Source of the DNA: Octopus bimaculoides
Lineage: Eukaryota
Direction of reading: 5' to 3'
Assembly: GCF_001194135.2 (NCBI RefSeq)
Contig: NC_069003.1
Coordinates: 31,344,268 to 31,386,565, forward strand
DNA length: 42,298 nt
Under the pieces are notes generated by a model. It made no database searches. It saw only the letters and a program-made list of their open reading frames with translations, and was not told the origin of the DNA. Both the position numbers and the translations under genes were made by a program. Below are positions 22,641 to 34,549 of this stretch, piece by piece. Numbering within the stretch: position 1 is the stretch's first letter; every line of letters starts with the position of its first letter.

Positions 22641-23480
22641 GCCTATCAACCATTTATGCATGCATACACAGAGACGCATGCTGCTCAGAAGCAGATATAG
22701 GAGAGAGTTGAAGCATATTATATTTCATCAGCTGTAATCATTTTGATTCCTTCTACATCAATACTTCCTGGCATTAAAAGCATGATTTTTGAAAATGGAA
22801 TATTGTATTTTGTTGTTTTTCCTGACACTTTCTCTTTGAGAACAATTTAAACGACTGTACACGTTCGTGTGTAAGTGAAACAGTCTCTAGTTTTCTAGTC
22901 TTCTAGTTTTAGAACATGAATAGCTGAGAAATCTATCTTTCATCCATTAACTAGTTCACCAAGGATTTACCTATCTTTTACTGGTAAGAGAAAAATTAAC
23001 ACACACACAAAACAAAATAAATAAATAAACCTGCAAAAAGCTAAAAAAAAAAAAATGTTACAGAAATGTTTTATGGATATTTTGGGGGGGGGGGGTTTCT
23101 TCTTACAAGAAATAATTTTTCCTATGAGAGAAAATTCCTAATATTCATTCCGAATTCTTCAAGTAAAAGCCGCATAGAATTCCCAATGTATTAACTTTTC
23201 TTTCTAACACTTAATAATATTTTGACAAGTCAACTAGTTTCATAAGTTACTGCTTTAACCTTTGACCGTCAATGCAGAAACATATTAACATACTTGGTTT
23301 GAATAAGCCATTATGTAGTGGAAAGATTACTACAAAATGCTGTTAGCACCTACAATTCAAAGTGATTACAGTTACAGTAAGTCCTCTTCTCTACCAGCTG
23401 AGCAATCACAGAAGGAGCCTTTATGTGGCCCCACAATCTATAAGAAAGAGCAGCCACCTTTCCTTTTAATCACACCAATA

Positions 23481-23676
23481 AATGCAGGTGTGGTGGTGTG
23501 GTAAGAAGTTTGCTTCCGGACCACATGGTTCTGGGTTCTGTTCTACTGTGTAGCACCTTGGGCAAGTGTCTTTTATAGTGATGGGATGTTCAAAGCCTTC
23601 GCAGTGGACTTGGTTTACAGAAACTGAGAGAAGCCCATCGTGCATGCATATATGCTCACATCTATCTATCTATCTA

Positions 23677-23717
<41 letters not shown>

Positions 23718-23980
23718 TGTTAAAAATGGAGAAGAGAAGATGTTAAAATTTAAGAGTGTTGGTCTTACCATTTGAATTAAAATACAGTCTGTAGTAATTT
23801 TTTTTTTTCCTCTAGTTTCAGCTCAGAGCTGCGGCCATGCAGATGCACCGCAGTTAAACTTCCCAGTCAGCCTGAGGCTATAGTAGAAGACACTTGCCCA
23901 AGGTGCCACAAAGTAGGACTGAACCCGAAACCATGTAGTTGGCAATCAAGCTACTTACTAGACAACCACTCCTGCGCCTA
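23481..23980. mobile_element. SINE family 1 head (+, 23481-23710) and internally deleted copy (-, ~23810-23980)
   Basis: Family-1 motifs. Confidence 0.8.
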
Positions 23981-26022
23981 TTTCCAAATTTGATCATTTA
24001 TGTCACGTCTGTGATTCCTAAAACAGTCAATCTATATTTCCTTTTAAACTATGAATGTTTAACACAATCCATTTCGCAAATGCATGTAAACATCTCTTAT
24101 CTATAACTATGAAGTCCTAGTGGCACATATACGCATCACTCAAAGACGACCGTAAAATCCCCAGAGGTGCTCTTATGCATCCCACTCACTTATGTTGTGA
24201 AATCCCAGACGCTTATATGTCTCTTTTAATCATCCATTAAATAACGTTTGGTTGGTTGTTAGCTATTGAATTCTGAGAAATACTGACATTTCGACCAATG
24301 AAAGGACGCATTAGTGGGTGTATCAAAGAAAGAATTTTGGTTTTCAATGTGCTCTACATGGTAGCATATGACAGGGAAATGGATATTGATTGAAGTTGGC
24401 ATGTGTTGAAGCAGTGGTGGAGAATGTGAATGCGTAGGTGAAAGTTTGTGTGTCGACCATGACAGTTTTGAAAAGTATCTTAGGAAGCTCTTTGCTTGAA
24501 ATACGCAAAATAAGTTGACATTTTTCAACACAGATTTTTGTTGGAAAAATAGAAAATAAAAGAAAAAAAGCTATAGTTGTTGACTGCTTTACAAAAAGTA
24601 ATAATACTTGTACATATATTTCAGTCATTTTTAGAAAACATTCTATCAGATTCATGACTTTGTTATAAGCATGCAAAGAAATCAACAATAACTCACAAAA
24701 TTAATCTCTATAGAAATTTATTATAATTACTTTTAATTTTTACAATTATAAATAACAACTCAGGCTGTAACTTCTGAGCCCAAGTCAGGCGCATGTGAAT
24801 GATGTCGAGAGAACGTCTGCCACTCCCAGTAACATAGCAGTTCAGCAAAATGAGACCAGTTGACATCAGGAAGGGCATCCAGCTATAAAAAACCATGTCA
24901 AACCAGACTGGAATCTGGTGCACCCCTTCAACTTATCAGCCCAGCTCAAGCCATCCAAACCATACCCGGATGGACAACAGACATTAAACAATGATAACGA
25001 TGAGGATGAGAATAAGTACTGAGGTCAATTCATTCTATGAAAAGTTCTCCAAGGTGATGCCCAACCATGGCCACAGTCTAATGGCTAAAACAAATAAAAG
25101 GAAAAGACAGTTGAAACTTAGTGAATTTTTTCCTTTTTAAAAATTCAAGTTTGAACAAATTCTGAGGTTGAAGCTTAACTGTGTTGGAGCAGTGTACTAT
25201 AAAGGTGTAACATTGAGGTCAGCTGACAGAATTTGCAGTTGATCTTCTGCATTCTTTCATTTCAATCATTTTTTATTTCTTTTTTTCCGTATTTTTTTTT
25301 TTTGCTTTGCGTTTGCATTAACTTACGGTTTTTGTGCTTGGTATGGTAATTCGCCTGTGTTTGTGTAGAATAGCTTAACCATTCAAATACTTTTTCTGTT
25401 GGTTCTGTTTGTGTGTGGCATTCGATCAATATTTCTTTTTTTTTTTTTTAATACATTAGAAGCTCCTGCGTTTGTGTTTAGAGGCATGTGTGCAGTCAGT
25501 TGAGTACAAATTTCAATTAGACTGATTTTAAGTAATATATTATCTCGCAGCATTTTAATGACAGACTTGTTAGATATACTCTCAGTATTGATTTACTTCC
25601 ACTGATACTATATAATATGTTAGTAATTAGCACAGGTTGTCTGTCTAATGTAAACCTAAGTCCCAAAAAAAAAAAACACACTCAAAAACAGGTTCTAATA
25701 TATTTTCTGCAATAAAAGAAATGGCTTTTATGGTGTTTATAATGGTAACTGGTTTCTCTGTATTGTTGTTTGAATCAATAAAACTGTTGCTTATCTGTTG
25801 AGTCATGCAAATTGTTACTGCAGCTCAGCAAAATATTTGAGTACAAAGCAAGATGAACATTAATATTGAACTGAGTTTCAAGTTGAGCCAATGTGAGAGG
25901 TTTATGTTTGTGTGTGTGTGTGTGGTAGGGATGGGTTTTTCTATATGTCTGATTCTTTTTACATGACTTGGTCACTTGGCAGGGATGGGCTAATCAGCAT
26001 CCTTAACTCTTTTCAAGGAATT

Positions 26023-26095
26023 ATGTACATATGGTGTAGTGGTTAAGAGCACTGGCTGCTAACCCCAAGATTTCGAGTTCGATTCCAAGCAGTGA

Positions 26096-26130
<35 letters not shown>

Positions 26131-26270
26131 GCATCGAAAAATACCTTAAGAATGAGAACCCAGGTTCGAAATTTCCCCAAGACACCTAATGAAGGCTGGA
26201 GGGTATATCAGCTGAAACGTGTTAACAACAAATAAGATGAGGACAAATATCAGTCAAATGTAAATAATAA
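26023..26270 (+). mobile_element. tRNA-headed SINE with (AAT)n spacer and hammerhead-like 3' region
   Basis: Box A tggtgtagtgg (26032-26042), box B gagttcgattcc (26075-26086), (AAT)n 26100-26130, hammerhead-like motif 26181-26223. Confidence 0.75.
26181..26223 (+). ncRNA. Decayed type I hammerhead ribozyme-like motif
   Basis: GACAC-CTAATGA-A-GGCTG[gagggtatat]CAGCT-GAAAC-GTGTT: stem I GACAC/GTGTT, core with G5A, 5-bp stem II, GAAAC; no cleavage triplet left. Confidence 0.5.
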
Positions 26271-27206
26271 AGAAGGTACTGGTTTGAAAGTTAGCAACAG
26301 AATGGTCTCTAGTAAGGACACATGAAGTTCGTGTGGTAATGTTAAACAAGAAGATAGATTTTGTGTAGCACTAAATAACCAAAGAAGCTTCGATATATTT
26401 GTTTGACCTGCTAAAAATATCATTCAAATTTCACTCAAATCACACTGTAGTGTTTTAAAAAAAATAACAGGATAGACAGAACTATTTTTTTTTTTTTTTT
26501 TATGCGCACTTTTAAAGCCTAGCCAGGCTCATGGGTCTGGTTTCCCAGTTTCTTTGGACCTATGGAATAAGAACCAAGCTTAAAAAAGAAAAACAAGTAC
26601 TTGTATCAATTAATTCAAGTAAAATTCTTCAAGGCAGTGCCCCAGCATGGCCACAGTCGAATAAACTGAAGCAAATAAACAACAAAACATAAAATATAAA
26701 TTATCTTTACCATCACACATTGTGCCATAACTTTACTGTGATGAATTTTAATGAGGTGAATTTAATAGTTTCCAGGTTTGTTATTTTTTCAATTAATGTT
26801 TTTATTTTAAATCTTTACTCGATTTTTTTTTTTTTTTAGCAAATTGATGTCTTTTTCCAAATTTTTCTGTTTTGATTTTTTTTAATACAAATTCTTAGCT
26901 GTGCAAATTAATCAGTGTTAATTTGGTTAATGATAGGCATAACAAGTTGCATTTTAACTATAAAATATATAATTTGCTTTTATTTGATATCTGTTCAGGA
27001 ATTTATGTATTTAATTTAAACTAATTAAGACTTTCTTTGAGACAGGTCATGAATATTTATGAGCTGATATTACAAAATGTTTTGTTCTGTTATGAACAAC
27101 TTTCCACAGGCATACACTGTGTATAGCAGCTACCTCAGACTACAGAATTTTGTGCGTACAGAATTTGTAAAGTAGGACCACTAATTTCAGGATATGGTCA
27201 ATAATT

Positions 27207-27331
27207 TTGCCCTTAGAGAAACTAAGTTATGGGGATGTAAACACACCAGCATCGGTTGTCAAGCGATGTTGGGGGGACAAACACAGACACACAAACATAT
27301 ACATACATACATACATACATACATACATACA

Positions 27332-27383
<52 letters not shown>

Positions 27384-27541
27384 ACGGGCTTCTTTCAGTT
27401 TCCGTCTACCAAATCCACTCACAAGGCTTTGGTCAGCTCGAGGCTATAGTAGAAGACACTTGCCTAAGGTGCCACGGAGTGGGACTGAACCCGGAACCAT
27501 GTGGTTCGTAAGCAAGCTACTTACCACACAGCTGCACCTGT
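27207..27541 (-). mobile_element. SINE family 1, young-looking copy with (ATAC)n/(AT)n core
   Basis: Near-consensus motifs with many CpGs retained. Confidence 0.9.
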
Positions 27542-27749
27542 GCTTCCATACAGTGTATATTGTACGATTGGCAAATTTTTAACATGTTCCAATATTATTA
27601 TATAATGCTTTTGTTCCATCCCTGTTCTGTGTGCATCCCTTGATGCAATGCATCTTTTGATGCATTGCATCCCCTATTATAACACTTTGTATGTATATGT
27701 GGTTCTTTCTGACAGGTAGATGAATGAAAAAATATTAATTAATGACGAT

Positions 27750-27764
27750 GATAAATTATTATTA

Positions 27765-27819
<55 letters not shown>

Positions 27820-27846
27820 ATTGTTATTATTATTATTATTATTATC
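27750..27846. repeat. (TTA)n microsatellite
   Basis: Direct run. Confidence 0.95.
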
Positions 27847-28112
27847 ATTGGTGTGATTGTATTCAGTCTCACATTAATCAATATAGAATCACAGCTAGTC
27901 ATGTTAATTACATACTAATGGATGCTCTAATGACACTTAATTACCTGTATAATTGGCAACTGTTTCATCAGCTTCCAGTGCTAAACCTAAGCCTTTCGGT
28001 ATGGACCATGGTGGAAATAATCAAACCATTATTTCTCTTTTAATGTTAATGACCATATCAAAAGGGAATCAATATGAAAAGTTCTTCAGAGTTCAAATCT
28101 TGTTAGCTTTAC

Positions 28113-28259
28113 CTACTTTCTTAGTCTCTGTTTAATAAATCCATACCCTAACACTCCCCCAACATATTCTCATACCTGTAGACTACTTTCTTAGTCTCTG
28201 TTTAATAATTCCATACCCTAACACTCCCCCAACATAGCCTCATGCCTGTAGACTACTTT
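28113..28259. repeat. 70-bp tandem duplication
   Basis: Units start at 28113, 28183 and (partial) 28253: ctactttcttagtctctgtttaata...cctgtaga. Confidence 0.95.
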
Positions 28260-28345
28260 ATACTAACTTTCTCATTCATATAACTTCTTTGCTTTCTTTA
28301 TTATTGAAGATTTCTTTAGCAGTTTCTTTCTTCTCTATATTTCAG

Positions 28346-28399
28346 TCTGGCGATGCAGGAGTTGAAGAATATTTGGAAGTTCCTGGAGAATCATACCCG
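28346..28399 (+). CDS. Candidate 54-nt internal exon, unknown gene
   Basis: Long pyrimidine tract ttctttcttctctatatttcAG, donor CCG|GTCAGT, GC-richer than flanks; open as SGDAGVEEYLEVPGESYP (phase 0) or LAMQELKNIWKFLENHT (phase 2). Confidence 0.35.
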
Positions 28400-28827
28400 G
28401 TCAGTATAACCGTATATATAAACTTTTACCGGTATTCATTATTAGATTGTTTCTCATGTATTTCTCTCGGTTGGGAGTGACACCACATAAAATGAGACAC
28501 TGCTTAAGATAATCATGAAAACGAAGTCTTTAGGATCCCCTGGAGCTAAGCAACAATTAAAATTACTCGTTAATTGCTGTGAATTATGTTTTGATTATAT
28601 ATTGAATACAAAAACACATTATAAGCAATCAAGTTTTCAATTGGTTGTATGGTGGTCTGTCAAACTTAACCATTTACACACTCACTTAGTCATCTTATGT
28701 CATCTCCAAAATAAATGAATCTCCATTGATTTCAATTGATCAGTATTCAGTTGTTTGATTACCGCGACTAACTACTTATTGAATAAACATGTAATTGGCT
28801 GATAATTCCACAGACATGTATCTTTAA

Positions 28828-29050
28828 TGCTTTAGCATTCAGACCACTCCATCAAATGTAATACTTATTGATTCACAGTGTTTTGAATTAATCATGCATT
28901 ATTTCATAGCTTCAAGGTTTTAATGATGTGGTTGTTTACTTTTTTTAATGACATTGTAGGGTAAGTGTAAAATATTGGATCTGGCCAGTTTTTGAACATA
29001 AGACAAGTAGAAAATTTGGGCTGGATAAAGCTGGTTTATACGCAAAAGGG
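28828..29050 (-). mobile_element. piggyBac-like MITE family B
   Basis: TTAA at 28824-28827 and 29051-29054; reverse complement aligns along its length with 35475-35671. Confidence 0.85.
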
Positions 29051-29116
29051 TTAATTCTCTGGCAGACATATTGTACAAGATTGAACCCTAAAATTACAGC
29101 TAGAGCCCATCTAGAA

Positions 29117-29597
29117 TAAAGGTTATCAGCCATTTTTCATCTGTGGACCCCTTTGATTAATATTTTATTCTGGTGGACCCCAGTAGTCATTTGATGTTTA
29201 AAATCTAGTTTTATGGAGTCTTCTTTTAAAATTCCTATTTTGTTTTTCACAAATTAACTTCTGTAAGTTGAACTATATAAAACATGGTTCTCAAGTATTT
29301 TTTTATCTAGGGATCCCTTTGATTGCTAATTTATTCTGATGGACCCCCAGAGCCATTCAGTGTCTAAAAACGAGTTTTGTAGAAACTTCTCTGAAAATCC
29401 CTATTTTGTTTTTCGCCTGTTAACTTGTGTAGTTTGAATTATGTAAAATGTCAGAGAACAAAACCTGTTTCTTGGAATAAAGACATCTAAAGCAAAATTT
29501 TTTCACGGATGCTTAATATACTATATTGCTTGTGTGGAGCCCCAAAAATCTTATATAGATCCACAGGAGTCATGTGGATCCCAGTTAAAAACCACTG
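29117..29597. mobile_element. hAT (Charlie-like) MITE with 8-bp TSD and duplicated left arm
   Basis: Ends taaaggttatcagcc / gttaaaaaccactg (CAGTGGTTCTCAAC-type); flanks ATCTAGAA (29109-29116) and ATCTGGAA (29598-29605); ~165-bp left arm repeated from ~29282. Confidence 0.85.
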
Positions 29598-30614
29598 ATC
29601 TGGAAGGTTTCTACACACTTTCTGGCTAACCAGCTTCCCTCACAAGTCTTGAATTAACCTGAAACTTTGGTAAGAGTGACTTACCAAGGATGTTATTGAT
29701 GGCATTGGCCCTGAAACCTCATGGTTGCAAAGCAAACTTACTAATCATTAAGCCATGCTGTGTCCATCGACAAAGAATGCTAACAGAAAATTATTGGATT
29801 TATTATTAATTGCAAATTAAAGAAAACTAATAGACTTATATGCAGCTATTACATCATATAGATAGTCATGTGATAATTAAATGAAAATGTCAATGCCTCC
29901 ATTTTTTAAAACTCTGTGATGCCTTTTGACATTTCAAATGGTAATCCCTTGTGAGAGGAAAACAACAAAATTCAAAGTTTGGATAAACTCTGTGGTTTCT
30001 TTACATTTGATCGATATTATTTTTGCATGCAAAAAAATATCATATCTATTGGTGATTATAGAATTAATGGCATTTGAATCATCTTTGTCATTTTATGACC
30101 ACTTTCCATGCTGGCATGAGCTGGACAGTTTGTCATGATTTGAATCAGTTGTTGTTTGGGGTTATTCCCCTCCTGGATACAACCTAAGAACCATACATCG
30201 ATCAAGAAATTTCTATTCTGACTTGGTTTCTATGGCCAGATACCCTTTCTAACATTAATCCCTTTACAGTGTACTAAGCAATTTTTTTTTTTAATGTGTG
30301 GCACCAGAACTAGACAAGAGAGGTTGTCGGGTCCTCAACAAGCCTAAAGGGTCTTCCTAAACCTGTGATGTCTCTGCACGACTGATGCCAAATTTACAGA
30401 GTGTTCAAGGTACAATTTTTTTCATGGGACCAGCACTGGTGAGGTTACATCCTTGCCAACACAAGGGTGAATAAAATAAAACAACAGTCCAAAATTGGGG
30501 GTCGATGTAATGATTAGCCCCTTCCCTTAAAATTGCCAGCCTTGTACAAAAAATTTGAAATATCATTATAATTCCTTATTATCATTATCATTATTATCAT
30601 TATTATTATTATCA

Positions 30615-30890
30615 TTGAGTGAGAGAGCAGTGCATGCCATCAAAGTGACACTGGGGTAAAATATACAAAGTCCAGTATACCCATCATGACTACCCATCTG
30701 ATAAGGATACACCAGGCACATGCACCACAACCATGTGTGCACAACATGGTGATCTCATATCAAGATTAACGACACATGACTTTGAGAAACACTGTACTAT
30801 ACCCTTGAGCCAACAAATGCCTTGTGAGGGTATTTGGTAGATGGAAACTGAAAGAAGCTTGTTGTGTGTGTATGTATGCGTGTATATTGT
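30615..30890. mobile_element. SINE-like repeat fragment plus family 1 central fragment
   Basis: gagagagcagtgcatgccatcaaagtgacactggggtaaaata... recognised as a recurrent repeat type; then ccttgtgagggtatttggtagatggaaactgaaagaagc. Confidence 0.6.
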
Positions 30891-30997
30891 TGAGCAGCAT
30901 ATTCCTGATGATATCATATAACTGGTCAGACAGTTACCAATAGATTTGCACTGACTAATACACTTGGCAATGCTGATGACTAGTTAGCAAGCAGCAA

Positions 30998-31066
30998 GGT
31001 CTCTGAAGAGTTGCCAATATTGTTAAGCATAATAGTCAATATGAAACTGTTTGTAACAGCCTGACC
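30998..31066 (+). ncRNA. Possible decayed type I hammerhead ribozyme-like motif
   Basis: GGTC(T)-CTGAAGA-[irregular stem II, ATATTG/CAATAT]-GAAAC-TGTT[tgt]AACA-G-C-C-(T)GACC; GUC triplet reads GCC. Confidence 0.4.
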
Positions 31067-31547
31067 AGTTGTAGATTTTAACCAGGAATATTCTACTCAG
31101 CAATATTAAAAAATATAAACATTCAATTTCTCATGCTGAGTGCACTTCTTTTCTGACTTATGAACAGCAAACTCTGTGTGTGTGTGTGTGTGTGTGTGTA
31201 TCATCATCGCTTAATATCCGCTTTCCATGCTGGCATGCGTTGGACAGCTTGACATGGAACCAACTAGCAGAGAGCTGTCCAGACTCCAACTGTCTGTTGT
31301 GGCATGGTTTCTATGGTTGGGTGCCCTTCCTAATGCCAACCACTTAAGCTGGGTGCTTATTATGTGCTACCAGCATGGGTGCATTTACACAACACTGGCA
31401 TGGGTATTTTTTAAGTAGCTCTGGCACCTGTAAAGGACCAGCCCATATGTATGGAAGGCAGCGATTTTACTTAGCTTGACATTTCTTATCAAGTACAGCA
31501 AATCACCACATCGCCCAGTCCCTTATCCTTTCCTCAGTGACTCTTCC

Positions 31548-31910
31548 TCCACCAAGGTCGACTTTGCCTTTCATCATTTTGGGGTTGATAAATTAAGTAC
31601 CAGTTGTGTATTGGGGCCGATCTAATTGACTGGCCCCCTCCCCCAAAATGTCAGGCCTTGTGCCTAGATTAGAAAAGAATATATCTTTAAAGGGCAGCAA
31701 GCTGGCAGAAACATTAGCATGACCGGCAAAATGCTAAGCAATATTTCGTCTGTCTTTACGTTTTGAGTTCAAATTCCATCAAGATCGACTTTGCCTTTCA
31801 TCCCTTCAGGAACGATAAACTAAGTACCAGTTATGTACTGGGGTCAATCTAATGGACTGACCCCTTTCCCCAAAATTTCAGGCCTTGTGCCTAGAGTAGA
31901 AAAGAAATCA
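31548..31910 (+). mobile_element. SINE family 2 partial + full tandem pair
   Basis: 3' part of a unit ending ccttgtgcctagattagaaaag immediately followed by a complete unit. Confidence 0.88.
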
Positions 31911-32554
31911 TAGCTGGCACTGATTTTGTTACGACATTTCATATCTGAGATCTCATTGTTTGTTTACATCTACCATCTCGGATACAAACCGCTGTAACCA
32001 AAATCAGTACTGGCTCTAATTTGAATAACAAATCAGTAGAGATAAGCTTGACAAATGATCTGCATTTGGTATTGAGATGGTGTTTTAAGAAGGTTCCATG
32101 TACTCTTCTGATGGATAGGGAGAAATCAAACAGTTCTTGTGTGAGCTGCAATTACGATTTGACTTACAAATGACAGGTGCGTGGTTTATATATGCGCAGT
32201 CGTGAAATAATTAAATTGTGAAAGTGAACGCAGAATATGTAACGCTTGGAAAGTAACGAACTGAACGACCTGGTAGACATTCCATTAGCACGTGTAAAAT
32301 CAGATTTTTAAAGCTATCACTTATAAATGTGATAGTTGAATCCCCAAAGCCAACATAAAAAATATTGAACACAGAGAAAATGTACTCTAGTAATTACTTT
32401 GATGCACAATATTTAAACAGTTTATTATGGAGCTAGACTAATGAATTAAGAACTGGTCATGTCATGGATAGATATGAAATTAAGCGCCAGACAAAATCGG
32501 ATTTGTGCTATCCACCTATGTAGATTCAGGTTGAGTTGTACAGTGTGACGCCTT

Positions 32555-33030
32555 CAGCACGTGTCTTCTACTACAGGCCTGAGCAAGCCAATTGCTTTGT
32601 GAGTGGACTTGGTAAATGGAAACTGAAAGAATCCCATTGTGTGTGTTTGTGTGAATGTATGTGTTTGTGTGTGTATATATGTGTGTGTGTATATGTGTGT
32701 ATGTGAGTGTGTAAATTTATGTGCATGTGTGGGCATGTCTCTTCTACCATAACCCCAAACTTTACTAAAGCCTTGTGAGTGGATTTGATAGATGGAAACT
32801 GAAAGAATCCCCTCATGTGTGTGTGTGTGTGTGTGTGTGTCTTTGCATTTATGTTTCTCCCCCAATCAGTGTTGGTCTCTCTCTTGCCAAACTGCAAAGT
32901 TATAGGGATGTAAACAAACCAACAGAATATGCATCAAACTTCAAAAAAAATAATTACTGGGGTTGATTTGTTCAACCACAACCCTTCAAGGTGGACCATA
33001 GCCTGGCTACAACCCTATGACTGAAACAAG
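32555..33030 (+). mobile_element. SINE family 1 with duplicated central block
   Basis: ttgtgagtgga...ggaaactgaaagaatccc occurs at ~32597 and ~32773. Confidence 0.8.
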
Positions 33031-33139
33031 ATAATCAATTAATGATTATTATTTTCTATCTATTTTTCATAAATAAATATGTCCAATGCATCTTACTTGT
33101 CTTTGTTATTATGACATAACAAAATCAAAAAAATAAATA

Positions 33140-33440
33140 TTGCTTCTTGAATAGACTTCAATTTTAAACGGTAAATAAATGTTTTTTTACCCTATTTTTT
33201 TCCATATTTCCCCACAAAATAATTATTCTGATGTAACTCAATAAAACGAGTAAATATGTTAGTTTCTCAAACAGACTTCATTCTCAAACTGCAAATAAAT
33301 GTTTTTTAAGATTGTTTTTCTTCTAAAACAGTTATTCTGATGTAGCTTGATTTTAAAAAAAGAAATGTCATTTTGTGTTTCTAGAATAAACATCTTTTTT
33401 TTTTATTGTAAATAAATGGGGTCTTTTTTCTTAAGCTTGG
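33140..33440. repeat. Degenerate ~120-bp tandem units (about 2.5 copies)
   Basis: agacttca...aaataaatgtttttt...ttattctgatgta recurs at ~33153 and ~33272, partially at ~33390. Confidence 0.55.
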
Positions 33441-33583
33441 TTTTTTTTTTTTTTCTCAACAAACATATTTCAAAATTCAGTTTTACAAGCTGAGTTTTAG
33501 GTCATTCCAGTTTGACCTTTTACATGTTTGGCCTTTTTGTGTTTGACCTTGCAAACTAAACTTTATGCACACATGCACGCTTG

Positions 33584-33614
<31 letters not shown>

Positions 33615-34153
33615 CATCATCATCATCATATATATATTTATATATAAATTTGTGTGTGTGGGTGTGTGTGTATGTTACTGTCTGTGTATATACACACTCA
33701 AACATTTTCTCAACACAAATGCATGTGTCCGTGTGTTGTGTGTTTATATAATTTCTGTAGTAAATAATTTATCAACAAATAATAATAAATACTTACTCTA
33801 GGTAATTTATTTAAAACGAGGTAAAATGTTCAATTCATCATCGAAGCTAGTAATATATGTTTGACAGCCTTCGTTAATGGACTATTATGACAACTAATAG
33901 ATTGATAAACTATGCTTGTATTCTGAAGATTGAATCTATTATTGCTTAATAAGTGGAAAAATTATCATTGTATATATCACCTTTAATCTCTGACTTCCTC
34001 TGGCAAGCCAAATAAGTCTGCAAAATATTACATTCTATTATTGCTCTTATTGATTTTGGTTAGCCCCCTGTTAGTCTTAATACGGGAGATCTATAATCAT
34101 CAAAGGACTCCAAATTTGTGAGAACCCAATATATTTTTCTCTTTCCTCTACCG

Positions 34154-34262
34154 CAGGGGTTCTCAACAAAGGTCCATATGACCCTTTGGAATCCACATAA
34201 GTAATTTGTTGCTAAAATTTATGTGCAATAAATTGGTTATACATTCTACAAGACACAAAACA
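34154..34262 (+). mobile_element. hAT-type MITE left end, truncated
   Basis: CAGGGGTTCTCAAC terminus followed by ggtccatatgaccc; no matching right end seen nearby. Confidence 0.55.
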
Positions 34263-34265
34263 TTT

Positions 34266-34310
34266 TTGTGCCGACAAAGGGAAATAACCCTGAAACTGTA
34301 CAGTCCACAG
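34266..34310 (+). ncRNA. Type I hammerhead ribozyme-like motif with palindromic stem III (core mutated)
   Basis: TTGTG-CCGACAA-AGGG[aaataa]CCCT-GAAAC-TGTACA-GTC-CACAG: stem I, stem II, GAAA, GUC triplet and palindrome ACTGTACAGT all correctly placed; core has U4C and G8A relative to CUGANGA. Confidence 0.7.
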
Positions 34311-34549
34311 ATACTGCTTTGTGCTGAGTGGGGGTGCTAACCTCCCCTGTTTGGAAATATAAGGACACAGATCATGCGTCATATAACCAGCTGGAGACGG
34401 TGTCTCCTGGGGTTAAACAACAGTAGCATTCACCCCAAAATGAAACTATCACATTTGGTTGGCAAAAAAAGCATTATTTTAAAGTGCTGCTACTGAATAA
34501 CTCTCGTTGAGAGATCTGGGAACAACAATATTTCTATTTTATTAGATCA

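Noticed and set aside
22023-22700. 225-aa Ser/Leu ORF
   Set aside because: Translation of the (CT)n tract.
22972-22981. 10-nt minus-strand microexon-like TAAAAGATAG
   Set aside because: Not a multiple of 3 and overlaps a competing + strand candidate.
24000-24700. CpG-richer unique segment with 90-114-aa ORFs and a CCAAT motif
   Set aside because: No recognisable protein or repeat termini; cannot be classified from sequence alone.
26023-26095. tRNA gene
   Set aside because: Has A and B boxes but no complete cloverleaf or acceptor stem; treated as a SINE head. The same applies to 4816-4890.
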